A DNA stretch of 64,000 nt, from NCBI GenBank assembly GCA_016188355.1, contig JACPHY010000002.1:596-64595 (forward strand), given 5' to 3'. A model generated the notes under the pieces. It was not told the DNA's origin. It did not search any database and was given only the letters and a program-made list of their open reading frames with translations. Source of the DNA: Candidatus Uhrbacteria bacterium (GTDB lineage Bacteria > Patescibacteriota > Patescibacteriia > JACPHY01). This document shows positions 56,140 through 64,000 of this stretch, piece by piece; position 1 is the first letter of the stretch, and every line of letters starts with the position of its first letter. Position numbers and translations under genes: made by a program.

Positions 56140-56508
56140 TCAAAATGCGAGACCGCCCTCCCGCGCGCCATCCGCAATGCCCTGGACGCGGCCATGGTAG
56201 GTGTATCCTGCCCGATCAAAAACGACCGCGCTGATGCCTTTCGCGCGCGCGCGCTCGGCCAACAACGCGCCGACCGCGTGGGCAATCGCCACCTTTCGCT
56301 GTGCCTGCGTCCCTTCTGGGGCGGTCACCTCACGATCGGAAGCCGCAACGAGCGTCTGATGATTGGCATCGTCAATGAGCTGCGCCGACACATGGCGCGC
56401 GCTCCGAAATACGGAAAGCCGTGGACGTGCACGGGTACCCTGCACCTGCGCACGAATACGCTGATGCCGTCGCTGTCGTCGTTCACGTGTGGTGGTGGGC
56501 ATCGCCAT
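56140..56508 (-). CDS. rplR: 50S ribosomal protein L18
   Basis: [20 protein letters not shown] and GYTYHGRV motifs. Confidence 0.9.
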   Translation of the reverse strand: MAMPTTTRERRQRRHQRIRAQVQGTRARPRLSVFRSARHVSAQLIDDANHQTLVAASDREVTAPEGTQAQRKVAIAHAVGALLAERARAKGISAVVFDRAGYTYHGRVQGIADGAREGGLAF

Positions 56509-56511
56509 ACA

Positions 56512-57063
56512 TTATGCGCCGCCGCCCGCCTTCACCGTCTTTCCGGGCTTGAGCTTAATTACCTCTCCCGCATATCGCACTCCCTTCCCGTGGTACGCGT
56601 CGGGCTTCCGGAGCGAACGGAACCGCGCTGCAACTGCTCCGACGAGCTGCTTATCCACTCCCCCCACCGTTAGCGTGTTCTTCTCGACCGCGGCGGAAAT
56701 ACCCTCAGGCAGCTCCTCGGTCACCGGATGCGAGTATCCGAGATGAAACACCACCGATCGCCCCTTGACCTCCACACGGTATCCCACGCCGGATATCTCA
56801 AGCTTCCGCTCAAATCCCGCCGTTACTCCCGTAACCGCATTCTGGAGCAGCCGCGCAGAAAGCCCCCAGAGCGCGCGATCAGATTTTGCTTCCGGACGGA
56901 CCACCATCACCCGCAACATTCCCCCGTCCGCAGTCACCGTCACGTGTGCGTGCAATGGTACCGTGACCTCCCCCTTCGGCCCGCGCACGACGACACGCCC
57001 CGGCTCCACTGCCGCGGTCACGCCTGCGGGAACGGAAATTGGCGCTTTACCGATACGGGACAT
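56512..57063 (-). CDS. rplF: 50S ribosomal protein L6
   Basis: MSRIGKAPISVPAGV start; duplicated alpha/beta domains. Confidence 0.9.
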   Translation of the reverse strand: MSRIGKAPISVPAGVTAAVEPGRVVVRGPKGEVTVPLHAHVTVTADGGMLRVMVVRPEAKSDRALWGLSARLLQNAVTGVTAGFERKLEISGVGYRVEVKGRSVVFHLGYSHPVTEELPEGISAAVEKNTLTVGGVDKQLVGAVAARFRSLRKPDAYHGKGVRYAGEVIKLKPGKTVKAGGGA

Positions 57064-57098
57064 AACAGCGATATGCAACAACGAAATTTCGACGATTC

Positions 57099-57509
57099 CT
57101 AGTAGATTTCACAAATCACCTCACCACCAATACCGCGCGCCCGTGCTTCCGCATTGGTGAGCAACCCCTGCGGCGTCGAAAGGACCACGGTACCCAGCCC
57201 CCGCCGCACGCGCGGAATGGCGCCATGCGTCACATACACGCGACGTCCGGGGCGACTCACCCGACGGATATTGGTGATGACTGGCGTTCCGCGGGAATGA
57301 TACCGGAGGGTGAGCACGAGCTCCGTGCGTCCTGCCGCTGAAGCACCGGATGCGGGTCGCACCTCCACGCGCGCCAACCATCCCTCCCGCGCAAGGAGTT
57401 CCGCCACCGCATGTTTCAATTTCGAGGACGGAACCACCACCGTCGATTTTCCGACGGATTGCGCGTTCCGCACTCGGGTGAGCATGTCCGCAATGGGATC
57501 AGTCATCAT
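57099..57509 (-). CDS. rpsH: 30S ribosomal protein S8
   Basis: MMTDPIADMLTRVRNAQ start; the upstream ORF extension is rejected. Confidence 0.9.
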   Translation of the reverse strand: MMTDPIADMLTRVRNAQSVGKSTVVVPSSKLKHAVAELLAREGWLARVEVRPASGASAAGRTELVLTLRYHSRGTPVITNIRRVSRPGRRVYVTHGAIPRVRRGLGTVVLSTPQGLLTNAEARARGIGGEVICEIY

Positions 57510-57579
57510 AACAACGCTCGCAGGCCCGCGCATGGGGAGATTTGCAGCTGCAAATCTCCCATTGCGCGCGCAGCGCGCC

Positions 57580-57774
57580 TCACCAACTCGCCTTCCGAAT
57601 ACCCGGGAGCTCGCCATTGTTCGCCAGCTCTCGGAAACAGATGCGACAAATATCGAAGTCGCGCATGTATCCATGACGCCGACCGCAACGCCAACAGCGA
57701 CGCACGACCCGAGTGGTGTACTTCGGTCGAACCAGCGACTGCTTCGATTTCAGCACCTGCGCTTTCGTTGCCAT
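57580..57774 (-). CDS. rpsZ: 30S ribosomal protein S14, Zn-binding type Z
   Basis: [10 protein letters not shown]...CRICFRE pair of Cys motifs; ~64 aa. Confidence 0.85.
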   Translation of the reverse strand: MATKAQVLKSKQSLVRPKYTTRVVRRCWRCGRRHGYMRDFDICRICFRELANNGELPGIRKASW

Positions 57775-57785
57775 ACCTCGCACGA

Positions 57786-58376
57786 TCACGAGCGCCGAGC
57801 GGCGCCCTTCTCCTTCTTTTCTTTCTTCACCTTGCCCTGCTCCTCATGGAATGGAAATCCGAGTGCCCGGAAGAGTGCCAATCCACGCTCACGCGTTGCC
57901 GCATTGGAGACGATCGTCACCTGCAGGCCATGGATCTGCTCCACCTCGTCCGAACGAATCTCCGGGAACACGACGTGCTCACGAAATCCGATGGAGCAAT
58001 TCCCCTGACGATCGACGGTCGTCGGTGAAAGTCCCCGGAAATCACGCACCCGCGGAAGCGTTACCCGAACCAGCTTTTCCACAAAATCCCACATGTGCTT
58101 GCCATGGAGCGTCACCATTGCCCCCACCGGCATGCCCTTGCGAATCTTGAAGGATGCAATCGATTGTCGCGCCAAGGTGCGCACCGCTCGTTGCCCCGTG
58201 ATGCGCGCCAATGATGCGGTCACGGTTTCCGCAATTTTGGGATCCCGCTGCGCTTGTCCCATGCCCACGTTCACGACCACCTTCAAGACACGCGGCACCG
58301 CCATGCGATTCGGCATACCGAGATCGCGCATGAGCTGAGGAACAATTTCTTTGTGATATCGCTCATTGAGGGACAT
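57786..58376 (-). CDS. rplE: 50S ribosomal protein L5
   Basis: [16 protein letters not shown] start; L5 core. Confidence 0.9.
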   Translation of the reverse strand: MSLNERYHKEIVPQLMRDLGMPNRMAVPRVLKVVVNVGMGQAQRDPKIAETVTASLARITGQRAVRTLARQSIASFKIRKGMPVGAMVTLHGKHMWDFVEKLVRVTLPRVRDFRGLSPTTVDRQGNCSIGFREHVVFPEIRSDEVEQIHGLQVTIVSNAATRERGLALFRALGFPFHEEQGKVKKEKKEKGAARRS

Positions 58377-58418
58377 ATCCGAGAGAGGCACACCCATCCA
58401 TCAAAACCCACCGAAACG

Positions 58419-58730
58419 TTACGCGAATGTTTGCTTGCACCGCATGCACCGCCGTTCCCGCTTCCCGTCCGTGAGCACCGCCATCCCCACCCGTGTTGCA
58501 GCTCCACACTTCGGACAAACCAGGGAAACGCGGGAGACAGGGAGTGGTGCGGGATAGCGCACCCGCTGCCCCTTTTCTCCCGAACGCCGCGCACGGAGAT
58601 GCTTCACGAGGAGATTCATCCCCTCGATCACAACCGCGGACCGCTCCGCAATCGTGCGCAGCACCTTACCGGTCTTTCCGCGGTCACGCCCTGCTCGAAT
58701 TTTGACGACGTCTCCTTTCTTGATCCGCAT
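58419..58730 (-). CDS. rplX: 50S ribosomal protein L24
   Basis: [26 protein letters not shown] motif. Confidence 0.85.
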   Translation of the reverse strand: MRIKKGDVVKIRAGRDRGKTGKVLRTIAERSAVVIEGMNLLVKHLRARRSGEKGQRVRYPAPLPVSRVSLVCPKCGAATRVGMAVLTDGKRERRCMRCKQTFA

Positions 58731-58823
58731 ATCGGCAAGCGCCAAGCCACAAGCTCCAGGCAACGAGTTCGAACGCACCGGCGTCCGCCCTTGTGGCGTG
58801 AAGCTTGCGGCCTGTCGCTCTCC

Positions 58824-59198
58824 TCACACCACTTCCGGTGCGAGTGAAATAATTTTCGAAAAACCGCGCGCCCGGAGCTCTCGCGCAATCGGACCAAAAA
58901 TACGCGTTCCCTTTGGTTCGAGTGACTTCGGATCCACGATCACGACCGCATTCTCATCGAATCGAACGTAGCTGCCGTCCAATCGACGCTGCTCCTTGCG
59001 CGTCCGCACGATCACCGCATGCACAATATCGCTCTTTTTCACTGCGGTATGCGGCGTCGCCTCTTTGACCACACACGTAATAATGTCGCCCAGACGTCCG
59101 TAGCGCTTCCCGTGTCCGCCACCGCGCACACGAATGCACTGCAGCTTCTTTGCGCCGGTATTATCGGCACTGGCGAGCATGGTGCGATGCTGGATCAT
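58824..59198 (-). CDS. rplN: 50S ribosomal protein L14
   Basis: [24 protein letters not shown]. Confidence 0.9.
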   Translation of the reverse strand: MIQHRTMLASADNTGAKKLQCIRVRGGGHGKRYGRLGDIITCVVKEATPHTAVKKSDIVHAVIVRTRKEQRRLDGSYVRFDENAVVIVDPKSLEPKGTRIFGPIARELRARGFSKIISLAPEVV

Positions 59199-59219
59199 AT
59201 CCACGAATACCGAGCAACG

Positions 59220-59504
59220 TCAAGCAACGAGTTCCGCAGATGCGGGTGCCGATGCATGACCAATGACGTCGACCAAGCGCCACCGTTTCTCCTTTGAAAT
59301 CGGACGACACTCCACAAACCGCACCTGATCACCCACATGTGCGGTGTGTTCCGGATCATGTACCTTATACCGCCGGCGCATACGAAATGCCTTTCGGTAT
59401 TTCGGGTGCATCTTCCATCGCTCAACGACGACCACGCAGGTCTTCGCCATCGCGTCGGAAACGACGGTTCCCTCGAATTGTCGTGGTTGCTTCGCAAGTT
59501 CCAT
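59220..59504 (-). CDS. rpsQ: 30S ribosomal protein S17
   Basis: GTVVSDAMAKTCVVVVER...KYRKAF...HDPEH...GD.V. Confidence 0.9.
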   Translation of the reverse strand: MELAKQPRQFEGTVVSDAMAKTCVVVVERWKMHPKYRKAFRMRRRYKVHDPEHTAHVGDQVRFVECRPISKEKRWRLVDVIGHASAPASAELVA

Positions 59505-59527
59505 ATCGAGAAAAACAACAGCGGGCG

Positions 59528-59761
59528 TCAGGCAGCCAACGCACGGGGTGTGCGTGCCGCTCCCGATGACGACTTCGCCGCCGGGCTATGCAATACCGTG
59601 AGGATACGCGCAATCGTCCGACGAACGGCGCGCAGTTCATGGATGTTCTTCAGCTCGCGCGCGCTCGCACGGAAACGCAGCTCCTCTAATTGGAGACGCT
59701 GTTCCGCGAGCAGGCGCTCGAGCTCCTCACGTGTTTTTGATCGCAGGGTCGAAATATCCAT
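59528..59761 (-). CDS. rpmC: 50S ribosomal protein L29
   Basis: LRSKTREELERLLAEQRLQLEELRFRAS. Confidence 0.85.
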   Translation of the reverse strand: MDISTLRSKTREELERLLAEQRLQLEELRFRASARELKNIHELRAVRRTIARILTVLHSPAAKSSSGAARTPRALAA

Positions 59762-59764
59762 ACC

Positions 59765-60178
59765 CTAATGCCGCTCCACAATCACGGTCCGAACCGGGAG
59801 CTTATGTGCAGCCTCACGGAGCACGGCTCGCGCGGATGTCCGATCGACGCCGCCAATCTCGAAGAGCATCATCCCCGGACGAACGACAGCGACGTAGTGA
59901 TCAACGCCACCCTTTCCCATACCCATCGGCACTTCGTTCCCCTTCATCGTCACCGGATGATCCGGAAATACCCGAATCCAAATCTTTCCGCCCTTTCGCG
60001 TCGCACGAGTGATCACGCGGCGCGCGGCCTCGATCTGTCGTGAGGTCATCCACGATCCCGTCGTCGCCTTGAGTCCGATTTCTCCAAATGCCATGACGAC
60101 ATTCCGCGTCGCGGGATGCTCCGTACGGCCACGACCCTTATGCCACTTTCGGTGTTTTACCTTTCGAGGAATAAGCAT
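59765..60178 (-). CDS. rplP: 50S ribosomal protein L16
   Basis: MLIPRKVKHRKWHKGR. Confidence 0.9.
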   Translation of the reverse strand: MLIPRKVKHRKWHKGRGRTEHPATRNVVMAFGEIGLKATTGSWMTSRQIEAARRVITRATRKGGKIWIRVFPDHPVTMKGNEVPMGMGKGGVDHYVAVVRPGMMLFEIGGVDRTSARAVLREAAHKLPVRTVIVERH

Positions 60179-60201
60179 ACCCAAGGACACGAAGCAGCAA
60201 A

Positions 60202-60918
60202 CTATGCCGTCGCAGGAGCTGCACGTCGACCAGTCGACGGCGCGCGCTCCGGACTCCGCTCCCGCTTCGCATTTGCAAACACCTCACCGCGATAAATCCA
60301 GACCTTAATACCGATCGCTCCGTAGATCGTTCGTGCGAATCCCTGCGCGTACTGCACGTCCGCGCGCAAGGTGTGCAAGGGAACGGATCCGCTCATCGCA
60401 GTTTCCCGGCGTGCAATTTCCGCTCCATTGAGTCGTCCGGACATCTGCATGCGCACTCCCTGTGCACCCGCGCGCTCCACACGTCCAATCGCCTGACGCA
60501 TGACGCGACGGAAGGGAAGCCGCTTTTCAATCTCCGTAATCACCTGCTGCAGGACCACCTCCGCATTCAACGCCGGGCGATCGACCTCAATGATATTCAA
60601 CTGCAGTGCCGGTGGATTTTTGATGCCACGGAAAAAACGGTCGCGCAGTTCACGCTTCAAACCCTCTGCGCCCTGCCCTCCTCGCCCGATAATGACCCCG
60701 GGTCGCGCCGCATGCAGGGTAACCGTTACCGCATTCGCGGAACGTTCAACCACGACCTCCGCGACACCTGCTTCGCGGAATCGCGCACGGAGCTCGCGCC
60801 GGATGCGGACGTCCTCTTGGAGATACACCCGATACCGACGATCGTCCGCAAACCAACGAGACGACCACGTGGCGGTCGTGAAGAGGCGGAATGCCTTTGG
60901 GTGGACTTTGTGTCCCAT
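60202..60918 (-). CDS. rpsC: 30S ribosomal protein S3
   Basis: MGHKVHPKAFRL start; KH domain. Confidence 0.9.
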   Translation of the reverse strand: MGHKVHPKAFRLFTTATWSSRWFADDRRYRVYLQEDVRIRRELRARFREAGVAEVVVERSANAVTVTLHAARPGVIIGRGGQGAEGLKRELRDRFFRGIKNPPALQLNIIEVDRPALNAEVVLQQVITEIEKRLPFRRVMRQAIGRVERAGAQGVRMQMSGRLNGAEIARRETAMSGSVPLHTLRADVQYAQGFARTIYGAIGIKVWIYRGEVFANAKRERSPERAPSTGRRAAPATA

Positions 60919-60922
60919 ACAA

Positions 60923-61531
60923 TTACTTCTCTCCGGTTCGACGCGTGAGGAATCGCTTGATCACACCACCGCCCCGCTTCCGGGTCGTGCCCTCCTGCGA
61001 TTGTTCGGGTTGCCGCCGCTTCGCGACACGACGTGGACTCGATGGTTTCGGCGCATGCGTTTCGGCTGCTGGTTCCGCTGGTGCCGATGCCGCTTCCACC
61101 GCTGGTGCAGACGCCATCGCCGATGCATGCGGCCGATCGGCCACCTCCACCGGAGGCGCAATTGTCTGCTGCTCCTTCTTCGGACTCGCACCCGTCGGCA
61201 CGCGTTCATCGAGCACGATCGTGACATGACACGTCCGCTTCCGAATCGATGCCGCACGGCCGAATGCGCGCGGCCGGAATCGCTTGAGCGTTGCCCCGCC
61301 GTCCACCTGGACACTCCGCACGAACAAATTCGCGCGATCCAGGGTTGCGTTATGCTCCGCATTGGCTACCGCGGACGTGAGGAGCTTGGCCATCGGACGC
61401 GCCGCTGCCTTCGGCAGGTGCGTGAGCTGTGCCAGTGCCTCCACTGCGTTCATGCCCGAAATCAGCCCGGCGACGAGCCGAACCTTCCGAGGAGCCATAC
61501 GGAGTCGTTCGAGATGTGCGGTGACCTGCAT
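60923..61531 (-). CDS. rplV: 50S ribosomal protein L22 with a ~90-aa Ala/Pro/Lys-rich C-terminal extension
   Basis: MQVTAHLERLRMAPRKVRLV L22 core; low-complexity tail. Confidence 0.85.
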   Translation of the reverse strand: MQVTAHLERLRMAPRKVRLVAGLISGMNAVEALAQLTHLPKAAARPMAKLLTSAVANAEHNATLDRANLFVRSVQVDGGATLKRFRPRAFGRAASIRKRTCHVTIVLDERVPTGASPKKEQQTIAPPVEVADRPHASAMASAPAVEAASAPAEPAAETHAPKPSSPRRVAKRRQPEQSQEGTTRKRGGGVIKRFLTRRTGEK

Positions 61532-61537
61532 ACGTCG

Positions 61538-61873
61538 TTACTTCTTCGCCGGCGCTTTCGCCGCATCGGCAGCCGGTTTGGCCACCTCGGACTGCTTCGC
61601 CTCAATCTCCCGCTGCATCTTACCGCCGTGTCGAAGGAATTTCCGCGTCGGAGCAAACTCGCCGAGCTTATGCCCCACCATCTGCTCCGAAACCGTCACC
61701 GAAACATGTGCGCGCCCGTTGTGCACGCCAAAGATATATCCCACCATCTCCGGCGTGATCGTCGAATCGCGTGACCATGTTTTGATGACCGTACGATCGC
61801 CAACCCGAACCCGCCCCATCTTCACGAGGAGCTTCGGATCAACGAATGGGCCTTTCTTCAGAGAGCGCGACAT
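61538..61873 (-). CDS. rpsS: 30S ribosomal protein S19
   Basis: [16 protein letters not shown] start at the internal ATG; [13 protein letters not shown]. Confidence 0.9.
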   Translation of the reverse strand: MSRSLKKGPFVDPKLLVKMGRVRVGDRTVIKTWSRDSTITPEMVGYIFGVHNGRAHVSVTVSEQMVGHKLGEFAPTRKFLRHGGKMQREIEAKQSEVAKPAADAAKAPAKK

Positions 61874-61911
61874 AGGATGCAGGGCGACGTGCGAACAAGG
61901 ACAAACAATGA

Positions 61912-62739
61912 TCACTTCCGACGCTTCAAAATGAGCTTCGTCGACCACTTCTTCGGCTTCCGGGTGCGCACGCCCAATGCGTGCTTCCCCCACGGAGTCT
62001 TCGGGAATGGATGACCAACCGGGTTGTGACCCTCACCACCACCGTGCGGGTGATCCACAGGGTTCATGGCCTTCCCGCGCACCTTCGGGCGTTGCCCCAG
62101 ATGCCGCCGGCGGCCCGCCTTCCCCATGCGCACGAGCCGCGCATCCGAATTTCCCACCTGCCCAATCGTCGCCGCACACGTGCGTCCGATCAATCGGATT
62201 TCACCGGACGGCAGCTTGAGCTGCGCGTAAGGGCCGTCAATGGCCATGAGCTGCACGCCCGCTCCCGCACCACGCGCGATCTTCGCGCCTTGGCCCGGCT
62301 GCAATTCCACATTGTGGATCATGGCCCCGATCGGCAAACGCTCCAGGGGCAGTCGATTGCCCACGCGAATCGGCGCCTCGGTCTGCGAGGAGACCACCGT
62401 CGCGCCCACCGTGAGACCATCCGGCGCAATGATGTATGCGCGATCTCCATCCGCGTACGCAATGAGCGCGAGACGCGCATTCCGATTTGGATCGTACTCA
62501 ATGGCCTGTACGGTTGCCGGTGCATCGTAGCGCTTTCGCAGAAAATCCACGACGCGAATATGCTGCCGCGCGCCGCCACCACGGTGACGAGCGGTAATCA
62601 CGCCGCGTGCATTGCGCCCCGCTACGCGTCGGCGAGCAATCGTGAGCGCGCGCACCGGTCGCTGCTTCGCGACATCGCCGCGCAGTACCGTCGCTTTTCG
62701 GCGGCCAGAAGTCGTGGGCTGGTAGTGGATGAGTGCCAT
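61912..62739 (-). CDS. rplB: 50S ribosomal protein L2
   Basis: L2-family pattern (e.g. [12 protein letters not shown] near the C-terminus); 275 aa. Confidence 0.95.
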   Translation of the reverse strand: MALIHYQPTTSGRRKATVLRGDVAKQRPVRALTIARRRVAGRNARGVITARHRGGGARQHIRVVDFLRKRYDAPATVQAIEYDPNRNARLALIAYADGDRAYIIAPDGLTVGATVVSSQTEAPIRVGNRLPLERLPIGAMIHNVELQPGQGAKIARGAGAGVQLMAIDGPYAQLKLPSGEIRLIGRTCAATIGQVGNSDARLVRMGKAGRRRHLGQRPKVRGKAMNPVDHPHGGGEGHNPVGHPFPKTPWGKHALGVRTRKPKKWSTKLILKRRK

Positions 62740-62764
62740 ACTGCGAAGTCAACAAAGCGTCGCG

Positions 62765-63112
62765 CTACGATTTCACGCCAAACGGAATCTTCTCGCCCGA
62801 ACGAAGAGTCACGATCGCCTTTCGGATGCTGCTCCGCACTCCAGAGGTACGGCCAGAACGGACCACCTTCCCCGGGAGATGCACCATAGCCACGCGCACC
62901 GGATGCACGCCGTATCGCTCGGCGACCGCGCGGGCAATCGCCACCTTCTCCGCATCGCGCGCCACGAGGAACGTGTACTGTCCGCGCTCTGCCAAAAGGC
63001 TCGATTTTTCTGTCAGGTGCGGTGCGAGCAATATTCCCACCTCCCGCCGCGGTCGATCCGAGGCAGGGGCAGTGGTCGTGGGAGGAGTTTTGCGAGCAGT
63101 TCGAGGAGCCAT
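62765..63112 (-). CDS. rplW: 50S ribosomal protein L23 (start may lie at an internal position)
   Basis: ILLAPHLTEKSSLLAE...YTFLVARDAEKVAIARAVAERYGV. Confidence 0.8.
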   Translation of the reverse strand: MAPRTARKTPPTTTAPASDRPRREVGILLAPHLTEKSSLLAERGQYTFLVARDAEKVAIARAVAERYGVHPVRVAMVHLPGKVVRSGRTSGVRSSIRKAIVTLRSGEKIPFGVKS

Positions 63113-63131
63113 ACATCAGGGAATCGCCCGA

Positions 63132-63800
63132 TCACGCGGAACGACGCTTCTTGGGTGAAAATACCGCCGTGGCACGCACAACTGCGGCGCGCGTCACCAC
63201 GCACACATCATTCCGGAGCACATCTGCCACATTCAGGTGCGCCGCATCGATGCCCGTGATCTTCGGAAGATTCGCAAACGATCGACGCGCATTTCGCTCT
63301 TCCGCGGGCAGCACCACGAGCGCAGACGGCGCACGCTTCTTCGTATCCACCGTTGCAAGAATGATATCCAGCAGATGCTTCGCGCTCTTCGTCTTCGCCG
63401 TAGCAAATTCCGGCGCATCAATCACGACGAGCGCACCGTGCGCCACCTTGTCGGAAAGCGCCATGCGGAGCGCCTGTCGACGCACCTTCACGTTCACTTT
63501 CTGCTGGTAGTTGCGATCACGATGCGGGCCGAACACCTTTCCCCCGCCCACCCAGATCGGAGATCGGATGGAGCCGTGTCGTGCGCGACCCGTATGCTTC
63601 TGCGCCCACGGCTTCTTGCCGCCACCGCGTACCTCGCCCCGACGCTTCGTGTGCGCAATCGTTTCGCGCGCATTCGCCGCTTGCGCAAGAATGACGTCGT
63701 GCAGGACCGCCGGATTCGGCGTCACGCCAAATACTTCTGGGGCAAGTTCCAGTGTTCCCGTGCGCTCTCCTTGAAGATTGTAGATGGGTGCAGTCGGCAT
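63132..63800 (-). CDS. rplD: 50S ribosomal protein L4
   Basis: MPTAPIYNLQGERTGTLELAPEVF start; KHTGRARHGS. Confidence 0.9.
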   Translation of the reverse strand: MPTAPIYNLQGERTGTLELAPEVFGVTPNPAVLHDVILAQAANARETIAHTKRRGEVRGGGKKPWAQKHTGRARHGSIRSPIWVGGGKVFGPHRDRNYQQKVNVKVRRQALRMALSDKVAHGALVVIDAPEFATAKTKSAKHLLDIILATVDTKKRAPSALVVLPAEERNARRSFANLPKITGIDAAHLNVADVLRNDVCVVTRAAVVRATAVFSPKKRRSA

Positions 63801-63823
63801 ATCCGCAGCTGATGGTACCAAAA

Positions 63824-64000
63824 TCAGGAACTCCAACTCCCGCCCCACGTGCGCACCTCCAGGAGTGCGCCACGCGCACCCGGAACTGCTCCGCAGAGCA
63901 TGACCTCACCCCGCTCGGCATCCACCGAAACGACCCGCAGCCCCTGGACCGTGACCCGATCACCGCCCATGCGCCCTGCCATGCGCATCCCCTTGGTGAC
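63824..64000 (-). CDS. rplC: 50S ribosomal protein L3, C-terminal part (5' end lies beyond the window)
   Basis: Minus-strand translation [55 protein letters not shown] ends at TGA 63826-63824. Confidence 0.8.
   Translation of the reverse strand, partial: VTKGMRMAGRMGGDRVTVQGLRVVSVDAERGEVMLCGAVPGARGALLEVRTWGGSWSS

Noticed and set aside
57099-57674. Long N-terminal extensions implied by the ORF track for S8, S19 (61538-61993), adk (53017-53772) and AspRS (48300-49709)
   Set aside because: The conserved family N-termini begin at internal ATGs ([41 protein letters not shown]). In AspRS a terminator hairpin sits inside the putative extension.
63517-63963. 148-aa minus-strand ORF spanning the rplD-rplC junction
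   Set aside because: It is out of frame with both the L4 and L3 translations, which show clear family signatures.
1-64000. Search for tRNA, rRNA, tmRNA or RNase P genes, and for a diversity-generating retroelement (reverse transcriptase plus template repeat) near the giant proteins
   Set aside because: No T-loop/acceptor-like tRNA signatures, no rRNA-like segments, and no ORF with a reverse-transcriptase YxDD motif were recognised by eye. Small structured RNAs cannot be excluded without covariance-model searches.

Overview
This is a GC-rich bacterial chromosomal segment that is densely coded, mostly on the minus strand. The left arm holds housekeeping genes: rsmA/ksgA, RF2 (prfB), an HtrA-family protease, a short MGMT-like protein, nrdR, ftsZ, ftsA, dgkA and ybeY. 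A REP-associated tyrosine transposase (RAYT) is wedged between ksgA and prfB and is flanked by GC-rich REP hairpin repeats. One REP doublet lies in-frame inside ksgA.

The centre of the window (about 9.1-24.3 kb) is an accessory-looking surface-protein locus. It contains two paralogous proline-rich membrane proteins with TSP3-like calcium-binding repeats. A 747-aa protein is translationally coupled to a 3682-aa giant protein carrying IPT/TIG domains and Myxococcus-type cysteine-rich repeats. Both large proteins begin with a signal peptide and a nearly identical two-helix hairpin module that resembles VirB2/TrbC pilins.

The right arm carries rpsU, a HIT-family gene, hisS, lepB, an LCP-family gene, der, a GT28 glycosyltransferase, pth, dprA and topA. 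It also has a 958-aa MopE-like Cys-rich lipoprotein, a 643-aa secreted TPR-like protein, an IMPase-family gene, metK (with a SAM-I-like riboswitch in its leader), pyrB, a secreted thermonuclease plus membrane protein pair, an SPFH gene, a VOC gene, archaeal-type aspS, recO and ruvX. A heptad-repeat protein with a perfect 42-nt tandem duplication and map follow. The window ends in the ribosomal-protein gene run rplC(partial)-rplD-rplW-rplB-rpsS-rplV-rpsC-rplP-rpmC-rpsQ-rplN-rplX-rplE-rpsZ-rpsH-rplF-rplR-rpsE-rplO-secY-adk.

rpmD (L30) is absent, because rpsE and rplO overlap, and no infA or rpmJ sits between adk and map. Together with Zn-type S14 and the compact layout, this fits a reduced-genome lineage such as Patescibacteria/CPR. 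That assignment is an inference, not established. The canonical RF2 +1 frameshift site (CTT TGA C) is present, so UGA is a stop codon in this genome.

No rRNA, tRNA or CRISPR array was recognised by eye. All annotations are from reading the sequence and the ORF track; no database searches were run.
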